Of a DNA stretch of 64,000 nt, positions 1 to 13,300 are shown piece after piece. Numbering within the stretch: the first letter of the stretch is position 1; every line of letters begins with the position of its first letter. This stretch comes from Octopus sinensis (Eukaryota). Below the pieces are notes generated by a model. It did not search any database, had not been told where the DNA came from, and was given only the letters and a program-made list of their open reading frames with translations. The translations under genes were made by a program, and so were the position numbers. The DNA is taken from positions 142,352,001 to 142,416,000 of the forward strand of contig NC_042999.1 of NCBI RefSeq assembly GCF_006345805.1, written 5' to 3'.

Positions 1-18
1 ATGTATATGCAATTAAAA

Positions 19-443
19 AAGTGATCTTTTCGGTTTGAACAGCAGTTTTTTAAAATAATTTCCATGTAACTGAACACTTTTAAACTTCGTATACTGGTAG
101 AATGTGTTTATAAAACATCTTTTTCTCTTGGCTTTATTGAGAAAATTCTATAGTTTGTAAGATATTTGTTGTTTTTTTTCTTCAATTTCTGCAATTTCAA
201 CCAATCAATGACGTCTATTGAGGTAAAAAACATTCTGTGCCATATGAATATGTCCCTCGTTTAAGAAACAAATTGGGTTTATTTATATTTGTGCAGAAAA
301 AAGATACCCTTCCACCCACCCCTAACCCTAACCCTAAAACAGATTGAAATGCAATAGATCGATACTAGGGTCATAAATATAGGTGACAATTTCATATGAC
401 ACCGCTAGAAAAAACTGCCGTTCAAACCGAAAAGATCCCACTT
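19..443. mobile_element. MITE with about 30-bp terminal inverted repeats
   Basis: GATCTTTTCGGTTTGAACAGCAGTTTTTT (about 23-51) pairs with AAAAAACTGCCGTTCAAACCGAAAAGATC (about 409-437). Contains an internal (CCCTAA)3. No ORF. Confidence 0.7.
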
Positions 444-1699
444 CTATATTTAACTATGTGTGTATATTCCTTATTTTTGCTTCTGGTGTCTTCTGCCTTT
501 ATATTAGGAACGTTTACCTGGGAATTTATTTAAAGTGAAAAAAAATCGTATGCAACAAATAAGTTGTCTTAATAACATATTTCTGTGTACCAGACCTTTA
601 GTTGTTTTTAGCATGTGTTTTCTGGTAAGGGCTTCATTTGTCTTCATTGCCTGTTTGTTGCTTCAATAGAAATCTACGGATGCACAAATGCACAAAACGG
701 AGAAAATGCAACAAATATGCACTTGTTCAGAAACACCCACGAGTAGGGAACAGTTCTCAAAAACAGGCCCCAATTGTTTTCCCCCAAAAATGCCTATGTA
801 CTCAGAATCTACATGAATTTGTTTTTTTTTGTAATAATTCATTCTCGAATTTCCCCCTTTCTCTATTGGTATACTAAACATTGTGCACAAAATGTATAAA
901 TTCAACATAACCCTATGCATGCCTCACCAAAATATTACCATGCTCCACCAGTGGGGCATGTGTCCCACATTGGGAATTGCAGGAATAGACAATAGAAAGA
1001 AAAGGCAACATGCTCAGACTGTGCAATATCACTAGAAGCCTGTTGTGTGTGTATATGTGTGTGTGTGTTTTAATATTGCCTGATGGTTGTAAATGAGTGC
1101 CATTGTCTTACAAGTCATTCACTTCCAATCTTCCATGAAAACCTGTCTAGCTACGGAGAAGTATTACCTTACTTGGAAATAGGTGAAGGTTTGTGACAGG
1201 TAGGGCATCAATCCATAGAAATCTGCCTCAATAAATTCCGTGTAACCCATGCAAGCATGAGTAAGTGGATGCTAAAATGATGTTGACAACGATGATGATG
1301 TCATGGAAAAAAAGAAAAAAAACAGGATGTGAATTTATCTAATCTTATCTAAAAAAACAATATAACTTTTGTTCCCGAGAACTCTGGATAATTTTTAAAA
1401 TTGTCTAATCATTTGTTACTTATACTCTCTTTCTCTCTCTCTATTCATTTCATAAATCACTGTAGGTTTGAGTGTACAGTGTGGTGTACAGTAAGGTGCA
1501 GGCCTAGACTATCTGGAACAATGGACCTGTGAATAGTAGTAGTAGTATGGAAGTATACATTGTAGTAGCACATTGCTGCATTCACCATTTGTTGGTGATT
1601 CTTTATTACTCCTGACAGATGACACCTTTCCACCATCAGGCAACAACCCTTTAACCCATGTGTCTGTTTGGGTAGTCATTGCTGGTGAAAGTTTTAAAA

Positions 1700-2130
1700 A
1701 TAATAATAATAATAATAATAAACATTGTGTACAGTGCTCAGGTGCACTACAACTCATCCAAAGGGCATATATAATCAGGTGTAGTTTCGACGGATTTCGG
1801 AAAGCATGAGGGCCTTAAAGGATGCAGTGTCATGGCAGTCAACAACTGACACAGGCAGTTTATTCCATGCTTCAGCAACTCTGAGCGTGAAGAAATGTTT
1901 CCGAAAGTCATGGGAGCTGTGTTGTTTTCTGACTTGTAGGCATGTCCACGTGTGTTAGACACATGGAGATCAAAAAGGTGTTCAGTGTTGTTATTGGTGA
2001 GGTGGTTGACAACTTTGTGGGCGTTTACCAAGTCCGTCGCTTCAGTGAATCCATGCCCAGGGAAGCAAGGTGCTCAGAATATGGTAGGTGTCTGATGGAG
2101 GGTATGCGTTTGGTTGCACGTCTGAGGTAA
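1700..2130 (-). mobile_element. 5'-truncated CR1/L2-clade LINE, 3' end
   Basis: The minus strand gives RRATKRIPSIRHLPYSE.LASLGMDSL...SNTRGHAYK...HFFTLRVAEAWNKLP...SFK, the typical CR1 ORF2 C-terminus, followed by a (TTA)n tail at about 1700-1722. Confidence 0.85.
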
Positions 2131-4389
2131 GGAGTGCAAATCCTACCTTAATTTCTTTTAGTTGTCTTCTACAAAACACAGTGTAAATGTTGGGGCTATT
2201 CTTTGACATGCCTATCCTCGCATAACACTAGAGTAATGTGAAATGAAGTGTTTTGCTCAAGAACACATGCCACTAGGTCTGGAAATCGAACCCATGATAT
2301 GGTGATCATGAGTGTAACACCCTAACCAATAGGCCACATGCCTGTGAATAACAACCAATAATTTGATGAATCAGGTCACAGTTGGGGATGAACAAGAAAT
2401 ATTCCCAGATATTTTAAGCTTTAACTCCTTGAAAACAATCAGTTGCAATGGTTCAAACACTCATTTGAAATATTTTCTTTATATTCTGACATTATAAAGA
2501 AAAGAAAGACTGTTGAGCCTATGAGACTAACTGCAAATGAAGTAGGCTGGGAATGGGAATTAGTAGACAATGTCTCTAAGAATATGGCATAAATCTGAAG
2601 ACACTGGAAACATCCCTGCAGTAAATATATGATGATCATAATGAGTAAGCTAATTGATCAGTAACATTTGACACAAACTGATTGGCTAAGCATCTTATAT
2701 TTCTATACCTCAAGGTGTTATGTATGATTATTTCTTATCATTGACATAACAAACCAGCTAAGGAGCCTCAACATGGCTGCTCAACCTACTAGAAATAGCA
2801 ACCAAATCAATCTCACATTTTACTTAACCATCTTTAAAATGGACATATTTGATGTATTATGAGATAAGCCAAGTTTGAAAGGATAGGTAATATTTTAGCA
2901 GAAGTCTGTTCAATTAGGAATAAACACCACCAACAACAACAACATGGGAAAATATATGGTAATCAGAAACTAAATTTCTATGAAAAGGAATGTAAAATAC
3001 TTATATACACATGAGATGGGTGTAAAAGCACTAGAACACAAGATGTTTGAATGACAGCTAGTTTTATATACATAGCAGGAAGTAATATGGTGTTATATTT
3101 TTTTCCTTTCACATTTATTTAATTCAAGTAGTTTGTTTGTCTTATGTAGTTTACTATGTAATCTAAAGAAAATGCTATTTCATACTATGTATGAGATGCG
3201 TTTAAAAAGTATCTGACTTTATTTTTTCCCATCAAAAATAATGCTGTGTAGGCAAAATCCTTTGGGTGGGAGATGTGACCATTCCTGCACATGCTTGAAA
3301 ATTTTTGTGCCAGTGGACCATGTGAATTCCCAACTGCCTAGAGTACAGATATATAGTGCAGATATACTCATGCAGCATCTCACCGCAGACGTCAGTTGCC
3401 TTGCCACCTATGTGGCACGATACATGGCCATTCATCTCCTGAAAGTGCAGTACTGAACTGACTTTGCCCTCTATTGGCACTGCCATTAGTGGTAGCACTC
3501 CACTCACTACCTCCTCCTTCCACAGAATAAGGACACCCTCCTTAATCCATCTCTCTATTTCAATCTTACAATATGTAAGAGGAACAGAAAAATACGCAAA
3601 ACTTTTCTAAGCTTAAAATGTGACACAGTTTTTCTTATCTACATTCCAACGATGGAGCTTTGGATCTTTGTTAGAAACCAGCTCCTTCCTCAGGGGAAGA
3701 ATTTACGTAATTAAAAACAGAATAAACAAATAAATAAGCAAGCAAACATGCATGTATATATATATATACACACACATGATGCATTTCTTTAATTTTCTGT
3801 CTATCAAATCCATTCACAAAGGTTGGTTTGGCATGGAACTATTACAGTAGAAAGTGCTTGTCTAAGTGTCACACAAAGGGATTGATCTCCAAACCATATG
3901 GCTAGGAAGCAAACTTCTTAGCCATACACCACACTATTAATCCCATCTGTCATGAGTTCAGTTTCAGAAGGCATAAAAATGCTGGAATCAGAAAAAAAAT
4001 TACTTATGCTTAGAGTCATTACAGAGTAAAAAATCTGTATATGTATTTGCCTCTAATGACTGGCTTAATTTTAAGAGACATAATTGGTTGAAGAATTAGA
4101 GAAGAAACTCCAAAAGTGGAAACAAAGTCTAAAAAATTGTGAATTAAACCTAGCAAAGACAAATGCTTTAGTTGTGAGGACTCAGCAGTCATCTTGGAAG
4201 TAATCATGTTAGATATGCAGAAAAGAACAGTTAGGAATCTTATACAGTGCACATAATGTAAACCATGACTGCACTAGAAATGCAGTAAGATTATAAGCAT
4301 ACCAACAGAGAAAGACTTCCTATGTAGTAGATATATAGGATAGTTAGCAGTAACTGCAGCCACAAAAATAATTTTTTTCAAAGGCCTTG

Positions 4390-4810
4390 AAGGCAGTCTA
4401 GAAGTAGTTGACAGCTTCTGTTACCTTACTGAAATAATCAGCAGCAGAGCTGTTCTGAAAGCAGAGAACCCAGAATAAGGAGAAGGTAGAAAACAGTTCA
4501 ATCAACAATTATTTCTACTGGCAACAAAGGGATTTGCTCTCTAATTGTATGAAGCTAGTGTATGTGGTGTGATATTATATAGCAGTGAAACATGGGAGTT
4601 GAATGAAGAGGAAATGTGAAGGCTGGAAAGAAATGAGGTGAACATGCTCTGCTGGATGTGTAATGTCAGCATGCATGAATGATGAAGCACAAATGTGCTA
4701 AGAGAAAGCAGATTGTGCACTTGTGATATGGAAGAAGATAACTGGTGAAGAATTGTCAAGCAATCCAAGTGGGAAGAAGCAGTAGAAGAGGAAAACCGAG
4801 GGAGACAGGA
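4390..4810 (+). mobile_element. RTE-clade LINE relic
   Basis: Degraded VVDSFCYL...LYSSETWELNEEEM.RLERNEVNMLCWMCNVS matches the RTE post-RT YGSETW region. Many stops and indels. Confidence 0.75.
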
Positions 4811-5389
4811 CTTGGACTGTCTTCTTAACTCTATTTACCTAAACATACATGATTAAATAGACAAAAAAAAAAAAAGAAGATATTTTTGATAATTACTACT
4901 CAGATCAACAAGACATTATTATAGTAGTAGTAGTTCTAATAGTTATACTGACGTCCCGACTTCTGCTGAGTTACATATAGTTTGTATGCTTCAGAGTTTT
5001 CGAGTTTTAATTAAAACAAAACAGAAATAAAAAAAATAAACAAATGAAATAAAGAAAATAGAGACACTGAACAAGTTTGTGAAAGTAAGTTTTACAAGAC
5101 AGAAAATTTATTAAGATAGTAAAAAATATACAGGAAGATATATGAATAATGTAAGTTAATGTTATAAAATTGTGTGTGAACTTATGATGTTTTTCTTCTT
5201 TAATCCTTTTGTTACCATATTTCTGTTGATATACACTGCCTTTGTTTAAATTAATTTTGAAAATAATGATGAATAAAGTTCAACAACTTTGTGTTTAGAA
5301 CAGCATGAAATTTTGATGGAAGATCACTTCAAAACTATGAAGTTTAGATAAAAGAAAGCATGGGAGGAATTTAAATAATTTTAGTTCAG

Positions 5390-6925
5390 TCAACGAATAT
5401 TAGCATTGCTGAAATAGAAATTCTCTTGGGAACTGTGCCTGGGGAAATTACTAACAGAAGTTGCACAGTGGCCTTGAGTCATAGGAGGAGGATAAGAAGA
5501 GAATGGTGTAGTAGAAGGTAAGTGATAGGTCATTGCTGATCGAGTCCAGTCATCTTTGAATATTTGAATAGTCAGTTCAGAGACTAAGTTAGACAAACGA
5601 TTGTATACATGGGCCAAAACCATTTGCTCATCTGCATCACGACGGACTCGCACTTGTAAAGTCCCAGCCTAAAATTTGGAGAAAGAAACAGAAAAATACG
5701 TTACACAGTTAAAAATGGTAGTTTTCCATAAGAAAATATTGGTTTAAAATTTTGGCACAAGGCCAGCAAGTTTGGAGGAGGGGGATAGTCAATTACACCA
5801 ACCCCAATGCTTAACTGGTACTTATTTTAGACCTAGAAAGGATGAAAGGCAAAGTCAACCTTGATGTCATTTGAACTCAGAATGTCAAGATGGGACAAAA
5901 TTCTGTTAAACGATTCTGCCAGCTTGCTGCCTTCTTTTTATAAGAAAATATTGAAACTTAAATAGACCAATCCACTTCCAATTCATCTTTCACTGTTAAA
6001 CGATTCTGCCAGCTTGCTGCCTTCTTTTTATAAGAAAATATTGAAACTTAAATAGACCAATCCACTTCCAATTCATCTTTCACTGTTAAACGATTCTGCC
6101 AGCTTGCTGCCTTCTTTTTATAAGAAAATATTGAAACTTAAATAGACCAATCCACTTCCAATTCATCTTTCACTGTTAAACGATTCTGCCAGCTCGCTGC
6201 CTTCTTTTTATAAGAAAATATTGAAACTTAAATAGACCAATCCACTTCCAATTCATCTTTCACTCCTACCATTGACCACCTATTAGTATAGAACTTCTTC
6301 ATCCCCATATCCCAGTGACCCCCCTCCACTCCTATTTACAATCAGCTACCTCCACCTCTATTCTTATCCATCACTCTCTCTCTCCTCATACTCTTCTAAC
6401 AGTCACCCTCTCTTCCTGATTTTCCTTCTGTCACCACTCACTCTTCCGTTCACCTTCTTGGACACATGACTAATCTTCAATAAGGACATTTTCTTAGTAT
6501 TGCAAGGTTATGACATAGTTATTGATGAAATAGTGTTTTTGGCCTTTGCACCAGTTACATCAGTCTAACCAATCTATCTGTTTACATTTAAGTCAACTGA
6601 GCCAGCAAGAGTGAACTAGTTAAATATTTGCTCATGGGTTTATCATAGCTGATGGAAGATAGGCTCTTTGGTAGTTAGGTGAACAAATTCATTCAGTTGG
6701 CAGTGACTTCACTGAGTGCAGAAGTGGGTGAGAAAACACAAACATGAAAATAGGGGGGGAAAAAAAGTGTTGACTTACCAAAACTCCAAAAGATACAGTC
6801 CAAAAGTGTTCATGACGAAACTCAAGAACTCCATCTAAAGTAGAAGCTTCTCGGAGAAGCTTGTCAAGTTGACCAATTATGTGTGAGGGGCTAGTCTGAA
6901 GAAGTGAACAAAGAAATTACGTATT

Positions 6926-6964
<39 letters not shown>

Positions 6965-7326
6965 ATATAAAAAATAAATAATATATAAATATATGCATAT
7001 ATACATACATATATGTATATATACATGTGCATATATGGGTACAGGACATTAAAAAAATGTAGACAAAATGAGAAACGAGAACATAAAAAAAAAATATAGA
7101 AAACGAACATTTTTCGAACAACGAAAGAAACACACACACACACACACATATATATATGTAAAGAGAAGAAAACGAGCAAACTTTATAGATCAGGATGGAA
7201 TAAAGCTAATTTAACTTTACTGTGAGTTATTAGTCCCTTATCAGGATGAAAATAAATCAATCCCTGCAAGACTGGAGCTAAAAAGATGGGAAGCACTATA
7301 AAGTGAATACAAGAAACACATTCTCT

Positions 7327-7361
<35 letters not shown>

Positions 7362-10300
7362 TTTTAACATACACACACACTAACATGCAAACAAAGCAAT
7401 GCATGTACCTGAGACACATTGAATTGTGTAGCAAGAGGTATTAAAATTGATTGAATGGATAAATTCTAATTCAAAATGTAATAAGGTAAGACTAAATACT
7501 GCAGATTATAAGATTATAGTGGAAAAAGGTTATAGGTTGATCTACTAAAGGAGTTTCTCTCACAGAGAAACTCCTTTGGTAGATGGGTGAAAAAGAGACT
7601 GTTTGATACAAACTTACCTGTAAAAGTATCTTGCCTGTATACATGCTCATAGGAAACATTGTACCCCATGTCATTAAAGCAATTGCTACAGCTGCCCATG
7701 TATCGGCAGAATAGTACATTCTGAAAATAGAAATACATATATATTTGCTTAGCTGATAATAAAGTGTCAATAATCTTTTAATTAATTTACTTGATGGGCT
7801 GTTGCCAGCCTTGTCTGGCCCCCGTGCCGGTGGCACTAAAAAGCACCATCCGATCGTGGCCGTTTGCCAGCCTCGTCTGGCACCTGTGCAGGTGGCACGT
7901 AAAAAGCACCCACTACACTCATGGAGTGGTTGGCGTTAGGAAGGGCATCCAGCCGTAGAAACACTGCCAGATCAAGATTGGAGCCTGGTGCAGCCATCTG
8001 GCTTCCCAGACCCCAGTTGAACCATCCAACCCATGCTAGCATGGAAAACGGACGTTAAAGGATGATGATGACGATGATAATGATGATCTGTTCTGATTTA
8101 TGCTGTGTTGTGCATGTATAGATATTATTTTGTGTCAATAGCATGAAAAAAAAAGCACCCAATACACACTATAATGTGACTAGTGTTAGGAAGAGCATCC
8201 AGCCATAGAAACCATGCCAAAGCTGATACTGGAACTTGGCATAGTACTGCAGCTCACTGGATCCAACCAAACTGTCCAACCTATGCCAGCATGCAAAATG
8301 GACATTAATTGTTGATATTGATGAAGATGAAATGTTAAAATCACAAGTGTGCAGTGTGTTAGCTAATCTGATTACTTCGTGGGTAGCTAACTTGTGCTAT
8401 TCACTGGAAAAGGAAGATGGATATGTCTTCTCTGAGGGACAGCCAACAGACTGCGAAACAGTCTATTAGGAGGCTCTATCCTGTTATTCTACACATATTT
8501 CAAGTAGGAGCTTGCATTCTTATTCTTACTTAACCCTCAGTGAGGCTTAATAATATCTAAGTTTACTTCAGTTTTCTGATTTACACTGTGTTGTATATAT
8601 ATACATAGATACTGTTTAAATATCTATGTGTGTGTGTGTTGAACTTAGGTATAGTATGTATCAACTTGAATTAACAGTAACACACACTTGTTTCCTGCAA
8701 AGTGGGACTGAACTTGGAACTATGTGGTTATGAAGCAAACTTCTTAACCATACAGCCATATTTCAATTTAATCCTTGGATAACCAAAGGTAGTACCAGTA
8801 ACTTGAAACAGCCTCTGATGGGAATCAAAACCAGTGTTTCCCACTCTTTATTAGCTTATTTATTTTGACATGATGTAACTTCTTGAATTCAATTTTTTAA
8901 ATGAGCAAATAAGTGAATACTTACTTTGCATCAATGAGTACATGGGTGCTGAAAAGAGCAATTGCACCGGCAAATGCAATTAGAGCAAATGGATTGAGTC
9001 GAGGAAGGAGGAGTTTACTCAGTCCTGGTATCACATGGCATAAACTGTCAAAAGAAGAATGTAATTAAACAATTTTAAAAATTCCACAAAATATTCTGAA
9101 GCAGAACACAAAGTTATTGACAATTGTTAAATCCTTGTTATTATTTTGATTTTTATATAATTTTAAGTGTTGTTGTTTAAACCTAGTAGTCCTGACTGAG
9201 CAAACTGATCAAAGACATTCAGCCATGACCCCCTCGCCTCTTCTTGGGAAGAGGTGGGGTATTGCATCTATAACTGAATTATCAAATGTGTCCTCCTTTC
9301 TTAAGATTATAGTGTAATTTGATTGCAATTTTTAGCAGGATGAGTAACTACACAAAAGCTCCTCATCTTATCATAATTAATGTTATTGGCCACTTAGTAT
9401 ATTTATTTTGTACAAACTTTAGTATATTTGTAATAAATGCAATATATATATTTGGAATATACTGTATGTGACACATAGTATAATGTATATATTTCTAACA
9501 ATTACTCTAGTGCCTTGGGCAGTGAGCTGGCAGAATCATTAGCATTTTAGCCGTCTTTATGTTCTGAGTTGAAATTCTTACACATATATGGACATTTGAC
9601 CAATATCATCATGATCCTTTAAAAATATTTAGCCATGTTGTTTAAATATATTTGACCATGAATTTGGATAAATCACAATTTTCTGACGTTTCTCTATCTC
9701 ATATCATAGTAGTAGGTTTAGTATAACTGAATTTACTATATTCAGTAAATTCAGTTATATTCATATAGTAAACACAATTGTAATATCCCTGTTCCTAACA
9801 TTATATTTTGAAATTTTGACACAAGATCAGCAATTTCGGGGGAGGGGTAGGTCGATTACAACTGGTTTTTAATTTATCGACCTCAAAAGGGGGCTTTTAA
9901 ATATGTTCGGTGAGACCACGTAAAGTTGGATAAACAGGCTGAAGTTGAGGTATGCCTGTATATCGTTTCAAGCAGAGCCCTTCATCGAAGAATTAAGTCG
10001 ATTCCCCCAATAAGCATTGGTAATGTTCAAAAATACTTAGTCGTCTCCCTTGAAGTTAGGGAACGCAACTCTTGAAATTGTGACAAACAAGTAATTTACC
10101 TTTCACTCATATCTGTCATATGTTCTTGAAGCCAACTGGAACTAGAAGCAGCAACGACATGATTCATTGCACGGTTGTTGATGCTATATGTAACAACCAT
10201 ATGTACAACAAATGCTAAAATTGTACCTAAAAGGAGACGACCGCTGCAAAAAAAAAAAAAAAAAAACTAATCAGAAAAGATTATATATATATACTTCGTT

Positions 10301-13300
10301 TTTGGATTTGGTTTGCAAGATTCTTTATGTGAGTTCGTGTGTTGAAATGAATTTTGTTGTTTCTGGGGGGAGTCATTCTCTTTTAGTGCCTTATTTAACA
10401 CACTCACTGGTAAAGTTTCCACTCATGAGTAAATAAGTGGAAACTTTACCAGTGAATGTGTTAAATAATAAGACACTAAAAGAGAATGACTCACCCCAGA
10501 TACAACAAATTACACACACACACATACATATCAGCACCATCATCATTTAATGTCCACTTTCCCATGCTTGCATGAGTCAAACGGAATTTTGTCAAGACAA
10601 GACTGATCCTTGTTTTCAAGAGAGGCAATATTTCCCATGGTCTGATATGCTTTCTACAGAAGACTGGAAATGAATAACACCTCTTATATGACAGTGATGC
10701 TCCTTTACAACCATCACATGATGTCAAGACAAAGGTATGCACACACACATACGCATGACAGAATTCTCTCAGTTTCCACCTACCAAATCCTCTCACCAGG
10801 CTTTGATCAGCATGGGGTTATAATAGACATCATTTGCACAAGATGCTATGCAATGGGACTGAACCCATGACCACATGGTTGGGAAGCAAGCTTCTAACCT
10901 ACATACTGATGACTGCACCAATATATACAAGTTCCGAGACTAGTTCTGTAGAGTACCAACAAATGGCAGCACACGGTTGTGTGCACAGTGAGACCTAGCA
11001 GTGACCTTCACGAGGCAGTGTGCTGAGTGACATCGCTGTGTTTACTTTGGGAAATTTGTGATTTTGTAATCACATGTATGTTGTAGGCTGCAATTTTGTC
11101 ACGGACAAGAAGTTGGAACAAGGAGCCAATGTGAAATTTTGCTTGAGCATACTTCAGCAAGCTTACAGTAATGAGGCAATAGATTGTACACTATGTTTCA
11201 AGTGGTATGGGTACTTCAGAAGTAGAAGAACATCCCTGGAAGACGATGAGTGATCTGGAAGATCTGCTACCAGTATCATACTTGGAAATGTGGCGAAAAT
11301 TCATCAGCTTGTGCATGAGGATCGTTGGAGGACAATCAATGACACTGCTGATGTTGTTGCTCTGTCATATGGATCTGTACAGGCAATCCTAATATCTGGA
11401 TTCTTCACAATGCCAATGCACCCTGTCACTGAATTCTCCTCACTCATGAGTTTCTCACCAAAAACAACATGGTATCACTTCTGCACCCACTCTATTTGCC
11501 AGATTTAGCATCTGTAGACTTCCATCTCTTCCCCAAGATGAAAATGCAGCTCAAAGGTCACCATTTTAACACCGTTGTTGAGATCAAGAGCAAATTGCAG
11601 AAGGTCCTTGACTTGATAACAGAAAACAACTTCCAGGCTAGATTCCAAAAGCGGCAGGAACACTGGGGCTAGTGTATTGCTGCTCATGGTGATTATTTTG
11701 AAGGAGATCATGTGAAATCTTAGGTAAATAAGTTATTTTTTTATTAAACATAACTAGACTGGGAACTCTTTTACACCACCTCTTCCAAGTTAATGTATGC
11801 TGCATAAAAAATAAAAAAAGATTCAATCATAATTTCTACTTCTCTTCCCAATAAGTCAGAGACTTGATTCACATGTTAAGAATCAGAAAGATTTAAAATA
11901 TGAAAAACAAGAGTTAATTAACTATTGAGTATGATGATAATGATCATCATCATCACCATTTAATATCTACTTTTCCATGCTTGCATGAGGCAGATTTTCT
12001 GTCTTCCTGTCACCAACTGTCACCTGTTTGTTTCCAAACAAGATAATATCATGACGAAGAATGCATTAATTATCAAACAGTATAGTGGCTGAGAATTAGA
12101 AGTAATGTTTTACAGTATTTAGTTTGATAAGTTATATCTCTGTATCAAAACTCTTTTACAAAATTAGCTTTGTAAATTTTTAAGATTATGGTTTTCTGGA
12201 CTGTTAACCTCATCCTCAGTGTATTTTAACAATATCTACATTAAGTTTTTCATTCATTTAATATCTGACAATCATCAGCTGTCTTATTCTTGGATATGCA
12301 CATAAACCAAGATTGGATTCAAACAAGGAACCTTTATTTCTAAAGTGAGGTTAGTAATGTCTTTAAACAGGAAGTCACTAGATTAAAAGAAAAACGTTTT
12401 GAATGTTTTGATCCCTGATCCTGTAATCTCAGAGACACAGCAACCTAATGTAATAGACATTGTACCATATATTGCAACTAGAAAACATTCTTGTTAGACA
12501 CACATGCAATGACAATTCTATACTTAAAATATGAGGTTTGAAAAATAAAATATATATCTAAAGAAACTTACGTATGTATCTCAGGCTGCATAATAAATCT
12601 TTCAATGCTAAGAAAGAAAGAAACAAAATTTACCAATTTACCAATGTTACTATCAACATTAAGCAAGTGTTAAATAATACCAATATTAATCACAATATAA
12701 AAATCACACAACATATTCTACACAATCTCTGCCTCACACTGAAATACATAACAATCACACAGAATATGTAAAATGCAAACATCAACCAAGGAAATAATAC
12801 ATTCCACACTGCACATACTCTACATGATAGACAAAGTACTAAAATAATATCAGAAACAACAAACCAAACCCCAGAACAATGTAAAAATTAGGTAGCATAT
12901 AAACATAATTCTATGATCTTGAAAGATAATACTGCATATACCTAAGGAATATGAAGGTGTAGTAGAAACTTGCATAAACATGTTGATGATGATGATGATG
13001 ATGTTTGTAATTTAGGCACAAGACCAGTAATCTCTGAGGGGAGGTATTTTATCAAACCTCAGCCGGATTTGAAGAATGTAAAAAGCTGGGTCAAATATCA
13101 CAAAGCATTTTAACTGATGCTCTAACAATCCTGTCTATTCATCACCCTGGATTGACACTTTTTTATCAACTTGCAAAAAAGGATGAAATGCAAAACTGAT
13201 CTTGGTAGGATTTGAACTCAGACCACAGAGTCAAACAGATACAGTGAGTCATTCAATCTGATGCCTTAAAGACTTTGCCAAGTTGCTGAAGATTGTATAT

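Noticed and set aside
319-340. Telomere or chromosome end
   Set aside because: There are only three units, and they lie inside a MITE.
5903-6264. CRISPR-like array
   Set aside because: The units are fully repeated with no unique spacers, and the context is a eukaryotic intron.
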